Assembly: GCA_964573615.1 (NCBI GenBank)
Contig: CAZNKD010000065.1
Span: 5,843 to 69,842 of the forward strand
Direction of reading: 5' to 3'
Length of the DNA stretch: 64,000 nt
From: an uncultured Desulfobacterales bacterium
GTDB taxonomy: Bacteria; Desulfobacterota; Dissulfuribacteria; Dissulfuribacterales; QOAL01
Shown here: positions 47,133 to 56,768 of the stretch, in pieces
How positions within the stretch are numbered: the stretch's first letter is position 1
How the letters are laid out: every line of letters begins with the position of its first letter
Translations under genes and position numbers: made by a program
The notes under the pieces: model-generated
What the model was told of the DNA's origin: nothing
The model's database searches: none
What the model saw: the letters and a program-made list of their open reading frames with translations, nothing else

Positions 47133-48407
47133 CTAATCATCGAAATCGCCGGAAGGCCCCTTGTCACTGGTGATGAGGGCAGCCTTCTGACGGATCTTTT
47201 CTGGGGTCCACTCTGCCGGGTCCTCTATTCGCTCTGCCTTCGGGCCTATATCGTAGGAGCCGGCCTCCATGATGATGTCATAGGCGATAGGGGCCGTATC
47301 CGCGGCATTGAACACATTTGCCAAAAGGTCATAGACAAACTCCTCCACACCCTTTGCCATCCGCTCCCTGATCTCCTGAGGCTGGCCCATTATCTTGTTC
47401 TCAAAGGGCAGGTTCAGCTTCTTGTATGCACCGCCCTTCCAGCCCCGCTCCTTGGCATAGGCCTTCATCTCCTGCCAGAGCTCGTCGGTAACACCCTGGT
47501 CGGGCAGCTTGATGAATTCCCCGTTCTCATCCATTACCGCATTCCCGTATTCATCCACCTTTACCCCCCAACTGATCATCTGGAGGGCTGTTGCAACGTT
47601 CGCCTTGGTTGTGCGGGTCTTTTCAGCTATCTCGCGCAGGCGCTGGGAGTTGTTGCCAGAGGTGCCATGCTGTGCACCGGATACCTTATAGGGTGCAAGG
47701 GCCTCGTGGATCTCGGCGGTGAGATCTACCTGTATACCCTGGTCGCTTGCCTGAATACCGTGGGTGGTACCGTTGTTAAGCGCGATCCAGTCCGGGAATA
47801 TCCCGTGGGCATTGAGGCCCTGGATCAGGAACAGTGCCTCCTCCACAGTGGAGAGCCCTTCCTTGCCCTTTATCTCACCGACCTCTGTCTCGAGCCCGGC
47901 CCATTTCGGTACATAGGGATTAAGCTCTATATTTGCAAGAAGATTCTCGTCGTCGGGCATGTGGGAGGCATCTATGGCAATGGATGTGATCCCCATCTGA
48001 AACAGCGTGGGGATCTCAACCTTTGCAGGCTCGATATCCTCCCTCTTCTTGATACCGTAGTGGTCTGCATGTATTGCAACAGGCACTGTTATCCCGAGCT
48101 CATTGGCGACCTGATCCACACGGCGGGCAAGATTCCAGAAATTGGTGGCGCAATAGGCATTGGCACCCCCCTCAGACCTGGCTATCTCCATGATGATGGC
48201 GGCATTTGCCCTCTGGGCCGCTGCCAGCACCCCGCGAACGATTATGTAGTTCCGGGCATTGGCCGCTATGGTCATGGCCTTGCCCTTTTTGAGAAGGGCC
48301 CGGTCTATGACCTTTCCACTCACTATCAGGGCCTTGGAGTTTGGAAAGAGCCTCTTGATATTTGGCGGACGTCCGATCTCAAGAACCTTTTCAAAGTCAC
48401 TGCTCAT
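47133..48407 (-). CDS. fba: Class II fructose-bisphosphate aldolase (long form)
   Basis: 424 aa. The F_bP_aldolase pattern includes VAIHADH and NNGTTHG metal/substrate motifs. Confidence 0.8.
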   Translation of the reverse strand: MSSDFEKVLEIGRPPNIKRLFPNSKALIVSGKVIDRALLKKGKAMTIAANARNYIIVRGVLAAAQRANAAIIMEIARSEGGANAYCATNFWNLARRVDQVANELGITVPVAIHADHYGIKKREDIEPAKVEIPTLFQMGITSIAIDASHMPDDENLLANIELNPYVPKWAGLETEVGEIKGKEGLSTVEEALFLIQGLNAHGIFPDWIALNNGTTHGIQASDQGIQVDLTAEIHEALAPYKVSGAQHGTSGNNSQRLREIAEKTRTTKANVATALQMISWGVKVDEYGNAVMDENGEFIKLPDQGVTDELWQEMKAYAKERGWKGGAYKKLNLPFENKIMGQPQEIRERMAKGVEEFVYDLLANVFNAADTAPIAYDIIMEAGSYDIGPKAERIEDPAEWTPEKIRQKAALITSDKGPSGDFDD

Positions 48408-48591
48408 GGCATCACCTCCTGGAAAGAGAAGCTGGATTTTCCTTCTGGCTCAAAAAATTTCCTATCAAACAGCCCCTTCGACTCTCAGCTGTCCATCTTG
48501 ATTGATAAAATTATAATGCCTGAAAGAAATAAGAAAAGCCTGTAGCGGCGTGAAGCAGGGAAGTTTCCTGATCCCCTCTCGAAGATCAGAC

Positions 48592-48625
48592 GAAAAGGGG
48601 CCGGGGGACCCATCTTCCCCGACCC
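48592..48625 (-). terminator. Rho-independent terminator after the porin gene
   Basis: The minus strand shows a GGGUCGGGG ... CCCCGGCCC stem followed by CUUUUCG, about 30 nt after the stop. Confidence 0.45.
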
Positions 48626-48655
48626 GCGATGCAAATGAGAGGCATGTAGTGCCAA

Positions 48656-49450
48656 CTAAAAGGAGAAGCTTACCGTTACCCCTCCATATACGAAGTTGTT
48701 GTCACTGTTCACCAGTGCCCGGTTTGACATGTCGTTTGAGCCATCTCCACTTATGGGAAAGACCCAGTGGAGCTCGGGTGTGATGGTGAAATAGCGCGCA
48801 TCCTTTGAGGTGATGAATGAAGAGGCCGGGATGCTCAGGCTCAGGGATGCTTCACCATGGTGCAGCCCTGAGTATTCGTCATCGGCATCGTCCGGATCTG
48901 GATAGGAGGCCTCGTCATCGGAGAACAGGGCACTGCCGAGCAGGCTGAAATCAAGAGAGATATCCCTGACAAGAGGGATGGAGTGGGAGACCTCGAGGGT
49001 GACGTAGGTACTTGGATAGTGGGAGAACTCCCTGTAAACCGTGATTGTCGGTGCAAATAGGATATCCAGCCCGGCGGAGACGAAGAGTTCCTGACTGTCG
49101 AGGGCCTGATCCAATGCATAGTAGATGTAGCCCACAGATCCGCTCACCATGGCGAAGCTGTAATCGTAGGCCATGGTGTAGTCGGTCTCGGTCAGGTTGT
49201 CCAACTCCTCGATGGAATCGTGCAAGTTGGTATCGTAGTTGGCCCAGATATTTGCAGAAAAACCCTTGTAGGCAAAGGTTGCAGATGGCTGGATCACTAT
49301 GCTGTCCCTTGAAAGCTCCTGCCCGCGCCAGATATATTGGCTGAGAACGCTGACGGAAAGGTCGGCGCTGGGCCTGTCATCGTCGCCAAATACCGGTACC
49401 GCTGTAGCCATTGCCATGAGTGCAAAAACGAATGTGACAATCCTGTTCAT
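48656..49450 (-). CDS. Outer-membrane beta-barrel protein, TorF-family putative porin
   Basis: It has a signal peptide and the early block VSVLSQYIWRGQELS. Alternating beta-strand pattern is present, with the C-terminal sequence GVTVSFSF ending in Phe. Confidence 0.7.
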   Translation of the reverse strand: MNRIVTFVFALMAMATAVPVFGDDDRPSADLSVSVLSQYIWRGQELSRDSIVIQPSATFAYKGFSANIWANYDTNLHDSIEELDNLTETDYTMAYDYSFAMVSGSVGYIYYALDQALDSQELFVSAGLDILFAPTITVYREFSHYPSTYVTLEVSHSIPLVRDISLDFSLLGSALFSDDEASYPDPDDADDEYSGLHHGEASLSLSIPASSFITSKDARYFTITPELHWVFPISGDGSNDMSNRALVNSDNNFVYGGVTVSFSF

Positions 49451-50077
49451 TGGTCGAATCCCTCCTCTTGTCTTGACGTGTCTCTGCTATAGTTGACTGA
49501 TTTGATTATCTATTTAGAAAGCCTACAGATAAGAAGATGAAGGCGTGTGGCATAAGGCCTACCGTCCCACTTCTTCACCATTTTTCTGTCCTTTTTCTCT
49601 CCCTAAAACAGCTATATCGCCCCCTTTCCGTTCTCCCCACCAAGCTTCTCCATCCAGGCCTCTTCCCTCATACGGACTCCACTGCGACATGGCGGCCACG
49701 AGCAATGAATGCATCCGTGCAATCTTCTAAATAGCCCTAAAGCAACAAGAGGGCCAACCAGAGCAAAATGCTGCGATATGGCAACACAACTTATTGTTAT
49801 GACAGAATAAAAAGACCCAAAAGATCTCTTTACAGCCCACTCTTTCGATTCTCTTTTAAAGAGAATATTTCATTTTTGAAAATAATCTGAAATAGAAAAA
49901 CACATTTTTGTAACAAATAGGCTGTTTTCCAGCAAAGGGAAGCAGGACGGGCCATCTATCAAGGATGTACCCAAAATGGAGACAAGATATGGGTTATGGA
50001 TATTGATGGATAAGAGCCTAAAACGACGAAGAAAATGAAAAAAAGCAGGCAAAAGAGGTTGAGGGCCTCTGCCCAAC

Positions 50078-53000
50078 TCACCCGGATATTCGCTGAATAC
50101 GGACCTGGGTACTGCTGAAATCCGGTATCCCGCCCAACAGGTCCACCATGGGAGTGTTGGCCAGGGCAGGGTCGAGATTTGTTACAAAATTGGAATTTAT
50201 TCCTCTTCCAAGGGAGGGATCCGGCAGCAGCCGATCCGCCTTGGCCACGGAAGGGCCACCAAGAAAGACCTCTGATGCCCTGCCAACCCTGAGGGGGCTG
50301 GCCCCGAGCTGGCTGTGACCGTAATGGTTGGATATGGCAATGCAGCCCCTTCGTATCATGGGCCCCACTTTGGCCCGGCCAACTACTCCACCCTTGGCAG
50401 ATGTACTCCTGGAGCTTACCCGCACCAGGTCTCCGGTGCCTATGCCAAGGGCGGCCGCATCGGCCTCATGGATATAAACGTGATTCTCCGGCATGATCTG
50501 CCGGGCTATCCGGTGCCATATGGTCCTTGATTGTGTATGGATATTGAGCTTGTGGGTAACCAGGGTGAAAGGAAATTCCCTCTTGTCCCGCTCAATGAGA
50601 TTCTGCCCCTGGCTGTCAGCGGGCAGGACCAGCTCTACCGTGCCGGAAAACCTGCTGCCATCCAGGCTGTTTCTTATACCGGAAAGCCTTTCATTGTAGA
50701 GCACCACCCGCTTAACCCCATGAAGAAAGCTGTTGCCGGAAAAGAGGCCCTCCCTGGGCAGAAAGATACCGCCTCTGGCCAGGGCATAGCAGAGCCTGCG
50801 CCAGATAGGCCGAGGAAGCAGATCCCGGAACTGGGCCACAGGATAGTTCTCCTGCACGAAGCCGATCTCATGTCCGGTGGCCTCCGGAACCCCTGCCGAA
50901 AGGACTATATTGGCCATACCGCGCAGGTAGAACTCCTCTGCCCTGAACAGATCCAGATCCCCCTCCTTTGAGGGGATGGCCCCCTTTCCAAAACCGGGAA
51001 GATCAAGGGCCAGGGCCAGGTCTATCAAAAAGGTCTCCAGGCAAAAGGGGCGTCCGTCTCTGGTCTTGCCGGTCAGGGGCTCTATCACTGGGGTCCTCAG
51101 GGCCGTGAACCTCTGGGCAGGCGCATGGGGTGCCAGCCATCCGTAGTGGCCCTCTGCAAAGGTGACATCCGGAACGATGTAGTCGGCATAGATGTTGGAT
51201 TCATTGATGCCTATGTCGATGGAGACGTGCAAGGGCACCTTGTCAGGGTCCTCAAGGGTGTCGATGAAACGATATCCGCCGGGGATGGAGTAGACCGGAT
51301 TGAAAAAATAGGTGAACAGCACCTTGCATCCATAGGGATATGCCTCATCGATTCCGGCCATGGTCTCCACACAGAGCCCTCCCTTGGTGAAGGGGAACCA
51401 GGGCCTCTTTGCCGGATAGCCCCTTTTACGAAACTCCAGGCTCTCTTCATATCTCGCCTTCTCCCTGGAGATGGCAACCCCTTTTGGCCTCCTTGCCCCG
51501 GGAAAGGTGCCAAGCTGACAAAAGCCATCCCTCCAGCCCCCTGCCTGACCGCCACCACTCATGTAGCCGCCCCTGGTCTCTACACTGCCCACGAGTACAT
51601 TGAGCAGTGCAATCGCATAGGAGGCATGGCTTCCGCCCACATAGTTTCCCGCCCCATGATACTGACAGACAGCGGCCCTTGGCCCATAGGAGGAAAACTC
51701 CTTTGCAAGTGAGGCTATCTCCTCTTCGTCCACGCCAGAGATGGTGGCGTACTCGGACAGCCCGTTTTGAAACACGGACTCCTTGAGGAGTCTGAAGGCG
51801 CTCTTCACCCTGATCCCTTTGCCATTGGCATCCATGAGGAGCGCTTCGGCATCATAGAGGGCACGGGCTGTCTTCTCGAAATGTACCGGAAGGTGCATCT
51901 CTCCCTGTGCCCCGGCATCGAGGACCACAAAGGCCTGCTCCTCACCTGCCGGACACTGCCTCATCAGATGGGAGAGTCTCAGAAATCTGCCTTCATCCTT
52001 GTGGCCGGGCTCCACGATCACAAGATGGGAGGCATTGCAATAAGCGCCGTTTCCAAGACGCTGGGCCGCACCGAGATTGGGCGCTGACAGATAATCATGG
52101 TTGATGGCCCCATTTTCTATCATCCACCTCATCATGCCCATGGCCAGGGCAGCATCGTGTCCAGGCCTGACGGCCACCCAGCGGCTTGCATGTGAAACCG
52201 CAGCATGACCCCTTGGATCGACCACACTGAAGCGCAGCCTTCCCTTGGAACTGCGCATGGCAACTGCAGCCCCATAGGTATTGACCCCGGGCTGCAGGGC
52301 GGAATAGATGTTGGCCCCAAAGACCAGGATATATTCCGCTTCCCAGGGATCTGCCTTCATCTCGACCTGCTTGCCTTCTGTCATGGTGAAGTTGCCCATG
52401 CGAAAGCCAAGGCCGCATATGTCGGTATGGCCAATGCGGTTTCTGGAGCCAAAGGCCTGCTTGACGAACCTGTCTATAAAGGCCTTGCGGCCATGCTGCA
52501 TCCTGCCTGATATGAAGACAAATGCGTTGCGCTTGGGACCAAGGCCCGGATCTGAAGGATCCACAGGCTCATCGGAGTCGAGTTCGGCAAGCCCGGGGAG
52601 ATCCCTGTCCTCTCCAAGATGCGCAAAGAGCCTGCCCCCTTTACTGATCTCCTCTATGAGCTGATCCCAGCTGATGGGTTCAAACCGGCCCTCTCCACGT
52701 TTTCCTGCCCGCTTCAATGGGACGAGCACCCGATACGGGCTGTAGACATAGCTTATGGAGTCTATGGCCTTTGCACAGACAGTGGCACTCTGGTCCGACA
52801 AGGCCTGGCTAAGAGGGGCACCATAAGATAAGGGCTGCCCCAGCATGTTGTATGGATGGTATGGGTTGCCCTTGAGGGCAGTAAGTCTTCCATCCTTTAC
52901 GACTGCCCTTATGCCGCACCTGGCATTACATGCAAGACAGACAGAAAATATGACCCTGTCATCCGATCCCTTTGGATCGGCGACACACCCAAGGAAGGAG

Positions 53001-53092
53001 GCAGCACGTTTCAAAAGACGCCTCCTGTCAATGCCCTTTCTATCCAGCCTCTCGTCCTGTCTGCCCATGGCTAAATCCTGAATATGGCCCAT
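50078..53092 (-). CDS. Tat-exported molybdopterin oxidoreductase catalytic subunit (tetrathionate/thiosulfate/polysulfide reductase-like, about 1000 aa)
   Basis: The twin-arginine signal is DRRRLLKRAASFLG. The N-terminal FeS motif is CLACNARCG. The length and overall layout match the bis-MGD family. The substrate is not assignable from sequence by eye. Confidence 0.85.
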   Translation of the reverse strand: MGHIQDLAMGRQDERLDRKGIDRRRLLKRAASFLGCVADPKGSDDRVIFSVCLACNARCGIRAVVKDGRLTALKGNPYHPYNMLGQPLSYGAPLSQALSDQSATVCAKAIDSISYVYSPYRVLVPLKRAGKRGEGRFEPISWDQLIEEISKGGRLFAHLGEDRDLPGLAELDSDEPVDPSDPGLGPKRNAFVFISGRMQHGRKAFIDRFVKQAFGSRNRIGHTDICGLGFRMGNFTMTEGKQVEMKADPWEAEYILVFGANIYSALQPGVNTYGAAVAMRSSKGRLRFSVVDPRGHAAVSHASRWVAVRPGHDAALAMGMMRWMIENGAINHDYLSAPNLGAAQRLGNGAYCNASHLVIVEPGHKDEGRFLRLSHLMRQCPAGEEQAFVVLDAGAQGEMHLPVHFEKTARALYDAEALLMDANGKGIRVKSAFRLLKESVFQNGLSEYATISGVDEEEIASLAKEFSSYGPRAAVCQYHGAGNYVGGSHASYAIALLNVLVGSVETRGGYMSGGGQAGGWRDGFCQLGTFPGARRPKGVAISREKARYEESLEFRKRGYPAKRPWFPFTKGGLCVETMAGIDEAYPYGCKVLFTYFFNPVYSIPGGYRFIDTLEDPDKVPLHVSIDIGINESNIYADYIVPDVTFAEGHYGWLAPHAPAQRFTALRTPVIEPLTGKTRDGRPFCLETFLIDLALALDLPGFGKGAIPSKEGDLDLFRAEEFYLRGMANIVLSAGVPEATGHEIGFVQENYPVAQFRDLLPRPIWRRLCYALARGGIFLPREGLFSGNSFLHGVKRVVLYNERLSGIRNSLDGSRFSGTVELVLPADSQGQNLIERDKREFPFTLVTHKLNIHTQSRTIWHRIARQIMPENHVYIHEADAAALGIGTGDLVRVSSRSTSAKGGVVGRAKVGPMIRRGCIAISNHYGHSQLGASPLRVGRASEVFLGGPSVAKADRLLPDPSLGRGINSNFVTNLDPALANTPMVDLLGGIPDFSSTQVRIQRISG

Positions 53093-53862
53093 TAAACCTG
53101 TTCTTCCGCCTCACCCCTTAGACCTACATAGAAGACATGGAACATTTCTGCCGCCTCCCCGTGTGGACCTGCAAGAAGGCTGCTGCTTCCGCCTTTTTCT
53201 GCCCTGGCCAGATAGGTGGCAAATTCGCCTTCCGGATGCTCCAGATCCCCGAATAGCCTGGCCCTGCTCGGACACGCCTCTACACAGGCCGGCACAAGCC
53301 CCTCATCCAGCCTGTCTGCACACAGGTCACAGGCATTTGCCCTGTTTCCCAGGCCAGGATCCGGAAATCTCATCCCGTAAGGACATGCTTCAATACAGGC
53401 ACCGTCTGCACTGCAAAGCTCCCAGTCGGTAACCACCATGCCCGACTCCAGCCTTTTTATGGCCCCATTGGGACAGGCCCTCATGCAGGCAGCGTTCTCA
53501 CAGTGAAAACACATGACCGGCACGAAAAGAGGTCTCATCCTTCCATCTTTTTTCTCCACGATCCTCGACTCGATCCTCGTAAGAAGGGGCAGGCAGGCCG
53601 GATCTTTGGAGGCCTTGCAGGCGCTCACGCAGGACTGGCACCCCATGCATCTTGTAAGGTCGATTATCATTGCCAGGCGCCTGCCCATATGGGCAAGTCC
53701 CTTCTCTCCGCTGCCTGATGCTGTTTCACCATGGATCACGGCACCGGCAGCCAGGACCGAACAGACGCCCTTTAGAAATCCCCTCCTCGATATGCCTGCC
53801 CCCTTTCCATACCTGGGGCCCTTGCCCGCATCACTGCACTCCGTGCCGTCTTTGATCTTCAT
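53092..53862 (-). CDS. 4Fe-4S ferredoxin-type electron-transfer subunit with Tat signal
   Basis: The start is placed at MKIKDG. The Tat signal is SRRGFLKG. Multiple CxxCxxCxxxC(P) clusters are present (CMGCQSCVSAC, CFHCENAACMRACP, CSADGACIEACP). Confidence 0.85.
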   Translation of the reverse strand: MKIKDGTECSDAGKGPRYGKGAGISRRGFLKGVCSVLAAGAVIHGETASGSGEKGLAHMGRRLAMIIDLTRCMGCQSCVSACKASKDPACLPLLTRIESRIVEKKDGRMRPLFVPVMCFHCENAACMRACPNGAIKRLESGMVVTDWELCSADGACIEACPYGMRFPDPGLGNRANACDLCADRLDEGLVPACVEACPSRARLFGDLEHPEGEFATYLARAEKGGSSSLLAGPHGEAAEMFHVFYVGLRGEAEEQV

Positions 53863-53863
53863 T

Positions 53864-54958
53864 CTACTTGCCTTCACATCTCTCCCTTGTCTTGGCCCGG
53901 CCCCCTGAAGGATCTGGAGAAAAGGTGATCCGATAGCTGAAGGCCTTGGGCTCCAGCCAATCCAGGCTCTCAGTGCCAACCTGTGCAAAAGGGTACATGA
54001 GGTAATTCAACGGCTTGCCATACTGCCTGGGATTCAGGGTCAGGTCCCTGCCGTATGACAACCTCAACCGATATGGATCGACACTGCCCCAGAAATACTC
54101 CTTGAGCCGCCGAATATAGGGATGATCCTTTGAATAGCCGGTCTTCAGAACCGCCTTGGTGACATCAGCAGGGTCCACTACCACCCATCCGTAGCCAGGA
54201 TGATAGAACTCGGCCCAGCAGTGGTAATCCCCTGTGATCTCCGCCTCCTGCCGATCATCTCTGGAAAGGCGTATGCCAAAGACCTCCCTGGCAGGCACGC
54301 CGGCAGCCCGGGCAAGGGCCACAAACACCGAATGGAGATCCACACACTTTCCTCCTTTCCTGTCCAGGACCAGGCAGACGTCTCCCCGGCCACAGCCCTT
54401 GACAGATGGATCCCTGTGCAGGCATTCACATATCCAGTCGTAGATGGCCCTTGCCTTGGCCTGAACACCCGTACAGCCCCTGGTGATCTCGTCTGCAAGC
54501 TCTTTTACCCTGCCGGTAACCGGCCCAAGGCTCGTAGGGGCCAGATAGGGCTGAAGTGCCGCCAGATCCAAGCAGGGCTCCCTATCTGGAAGAGGGCCCT
54601 CTTTTCGCTCAAGGCGCCTGACGTGAAAGGAGAGGCAAAAGCGTCTTGGCTGCTGATCTCCCGGCCTCCACAAGACAAAGAGGATCGGATTTTGAAATCT
54701 TCTATCTGTATAAACGGCAGCATGATCCTGTGTGCCAGAGATCTCGATGGAGTCCACAACCTGCCATTTGTCAGAAACTGGATACGGAAGCCAGAGCCTG
54801 ACCTCGTCGCTTGTAGGATATCTTGAAAGGTCAAACTCCATTACAACCGTGCCTGAGACGCAACCTGCTCCTTCAGCGGCAAAGGCCGGATTGTACATGG
54901 AGGCCAGAAGCAAGAGTGCGAAAAAAAGCCGAAGAGACGAGAGAAGAATCATTGCCAC
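53864..54958 (-). CDS. Secreted transglutaminase-like (Cys-His-Asp) domain protein
   Basis: It has a signal peptide. The catalytic-core pattern reads GGKCVDLHSVFVALARAAGVPAR...YHCWAEFYHPGYGWVVVDPAD. Confidence 0.8.
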   Translation of the reverse strand: MAMILLSSLRLFFALLLLASMYNPAFAAEGAGCVSGTVVMEFDLSRYPTSDEVRLWLPYPVSDKWQVVDSIEISGTQDHAAVYTDRRFQNPILFVLWRPGDQQPRRFCLSFHVRRLERKEGPLPDREPCLDLAALQPYLAPTSLGPVTGRVKELADEITRGCTGVQAKARAIYDWICECLHRDPSVKGCGRGDVCLVLDRKGGKCVDLHSVFVALARAAGVPAREVFGIRLSRDDRQEAEITGDYHCWAEFYHPGYGWVVVDPADVTKAVLKTGYSKDHPYIRRLKEYFWGSVDPYRLRLSYGRDLTLNPRQYGKPLNYLMYPFAQVGTESLDWLEPKAFSYRITFSPDPSGGRAKTRERCEGK

Positions 54959-55112
54959 TATCCCATGATGTTTCTATGCGCTGCCGACATACAAGACGGC
55001 ATCTGTCTTTTTGGCCTCTCTTTATCAGTACCCCTTATGCATGTCCAATATTTATTATCGATAATTGGAATAAGATTTATAGTTTTTAACTATCTAGATT
55101 TATGAGTGTCCC

Positions 55113-55148
55113 CAAAAAAAACCGGACCAGCGAAAAACGCTGGTCCGG
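55113..55148 (-). terminator. Rho-independent terminator after the carbonic anhydrase gene
   Basis: A perfect 11-bp stem CCGGACCAGCG-aaaaa-CGCTGGTCCGG is followed on the minus strand by a run of eight U. Confidence 0.8.
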
Positions 55149-55212
55149 CTCTTTTGTTGGCTTGCAGCCTATTAAGGTCAGGCAGATCCGCTGATCTTCA
55201 CTGCAAGGGTAC

Positions 55213-55953
55213 CTATTTCAGGATCGGCCTGGCGTAGGTGGGCTGGACCGGACGATTGTTGGGGTGATGCATCACATGGGCAAACTTCTCCACCTGCTCT
55301 TTTGAGACCGTGGCATACTTTTTAAGCACTATCCAGCGAACACCCTCGGTACAGGGCGGTGTCGTAAGGGAGCCGTTGAAGCGATAGTAGTCACGATCCT
55401 CTGGCAGGAGATCATAGGGCTTGAACTCTGGCTCAAGGCTTGCGCTTTCACCGGCCTTTTCTGGCATTTTGGCCCAGAGCTTCTCAATTATCTCGTTCTT
55501 CTCTCCCTCCTCGAACATGAGGGCGACAACGGTCAGGTTTCCGTCCTCATCCGCATGGACAAAGTGGGCCTCCATGGGGAAGTATTTGCCCTCTATGGTA
55601 TTCTCACTCGGGGTATGGAAATGGAACTGGAGAAGGGTGAATGTGCGTCCATCCAGGGTGATGGTGCTCCCCTTGTCACAATTGATCTGGATGGAGTGGC
55701 CATTGTTCACGATATTGTTCCACTTTCCATTATCGGTGTAGGTCATGGGCTCAAGCTCAGCCTCTATGAAGCCCTTCAGATCGATAGGGGCCTGATTCCT
55801 ACCCTTTGCGCACATCTCATACGCAGGATCAAGGGCACCCCAGTGCTCCGGGGCTTCATTGCCAGTATATCCCCAGTGTGCATGTCCAGCGGCAAAGGCT
55901 GTTCCTGCAATGAGGGCGGCCCCAGAGATCATGGCAGCTACTTTCTTTTTCAT
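55213..55953 (-). CDS. Alpha-class carbonic anhydrase, secreted
   Basis: It has a signal peptide. Motifs HWGY...PEHWG, SPI-type block QAPIDL, QFHFHTPSEN (zinc His) and LTTPPCTEGV are present. Confidence 0.92.
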   Translation of the reverse strand: MKKKVAAMISGAALIAGTAFAAGHAHWGYTGNEAPEHWGALDPAYEMCAKGRNQAPIDLKGFIEAELEPMTYTDNGKWNNIVNNGHSIQINCDKGSTITLDGRTFTLLQFHFHTPSENTIEGKYFPMEAHFVHADEDGNLTVVALMFEEGEKNEIIEKLWAKMPEKAGESASLEPEFKPYDLLPEDRDYYRFNGSLTTPPCTEGVRWIVLKKYATVSKEQVEKFAHVMHHPNNRPVQPTYARPILK

Positions 55954-56182
55954 CGTTATAACTCCTCCTCTCGCTTTTTTATGGGTTTAACCTCAGGACT
56001 GAGATCATAGTTAAAACAGCTCAGAATGCAAGGCGCAAGCCATCTCCATGTCCAAGGCCTCGGGATTCTCCCTAGCCCCTTGTTTGCAAAGGATGTCCAG
56101 GATGATTACCAAAGATAAGAGGACAAGCTGTAACCGGGTTATTTTCCCAAATGGCACCTGAAAGGAGGTATTATCACCCAAG

Positions 56183-56692
56183 ATGAGGATATTGATGCTT
56201 ACAGCAGACCAGTTTGAAGACAGCGAACTCCTGTGTCCCATGTATCGATTCAAGGAGGCAGGTTTTCAGGTAGATATCGCTGCCCCCGATTGGGGACAGA
56301 TAAAGGGAAAGCATGGCTATACAGTCAGCGCCAATCTCTCTCTGGACGATGTGGCGCCAAGCGCCTTTGACATGCTATATCTGCCCGGTGGAAAGGCGCC
56401 GGACAAATTGAGATATGATGACAGGGTGCTGGCCATAGCAAAGGAGATCCATCAGGCAGGAAAACCGATAGCGGCCATTTGCCATGGCCCTCTCATTCTG
56501 GCAGATGCAGGTATCTTGAATGGCCGGCGGGCCACTTGTTACTGGAAGATAGAGGAACAGCTCAGGAAGGCGGGGGCAATCTATGAAAATTCGCCCGTGG
56601 TGGTGGATGAAAACCTCATAACCTCAAGAGAGCCCAAAGATATTCCAGAGTTCATGCGCGAGATCATGAAAGGCCTCGGAAAATTGGGCTGA
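56183..56692 (+). CDS. DJ-1/PfpI-family protein
   Basis: 169 aa. The nucleophile-elbow motif is IAAICHGPLIL and the family block LYLPGG is present. Confidence 0.88.
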   Translation: MRILMLTADQFEDSELLCPMYRFKEAGFQVDIAAPDWGQIKGKHGYTVSANLSLDDVAPSAFDMLYLPGGKAPDKLRYDDRVLAIAKEIHQAGKPIAAICHGPLILADAGILNGRRATCYWKIEEQLRKAGAIYENSPVVVDENLITSREPKDIPEFMREIMKGLGKLG

Positions 56693-56768
56693 AAAGGGAT
56701 AGAGGGCCAGCCTTGGAGCGTCAAATCAAGTCAGTTACAGGGGGAAGCAGGCCTTGGAGAACAACGGG

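Noticed and set aside
47127-48545. 472-aa ORF on the plus strand
   Set aside because: It lies entirely antisense to the well-supported fba gene. It has a Gly/Leu/Cys/His-rich shadow-ORF composition, no motif and no SD. It is a typical high-GC antisense artefact.
49451-50077. 630-bp AT-rich spacer between the molybdoenzyme gene and the porin gene, examined for a riboswitch, sRNA or small ORF
   Set aside because: I found no recognisable riboswitch core (c-di-GMP, Moco, glycine and fluoride checked by eye). The small ORFs there lack SDs. It is probably just the terminator plus the porin promoter and leader, but it remains unexamined by proper tools.
53863-53988. N-terminal 42-codon extension of the FeS-subunit ORF overlapping the transglutaminase-like gene
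   Set aside because: The Tat signal begins just after the internal Met at 53862. The extension overlaps the C-terminus of the upstream CDS in another frame.
56085-56099. sigma54-like sequence TGGACATCCTTTGCA upstream of the carbonic anhydrase gene (minus strand)
   Set aside because: The GG-to-GC spacing is one nucleotide short of the canonical -24/-12 geometry and the -24 element is imperfect. It is probably a chance match.
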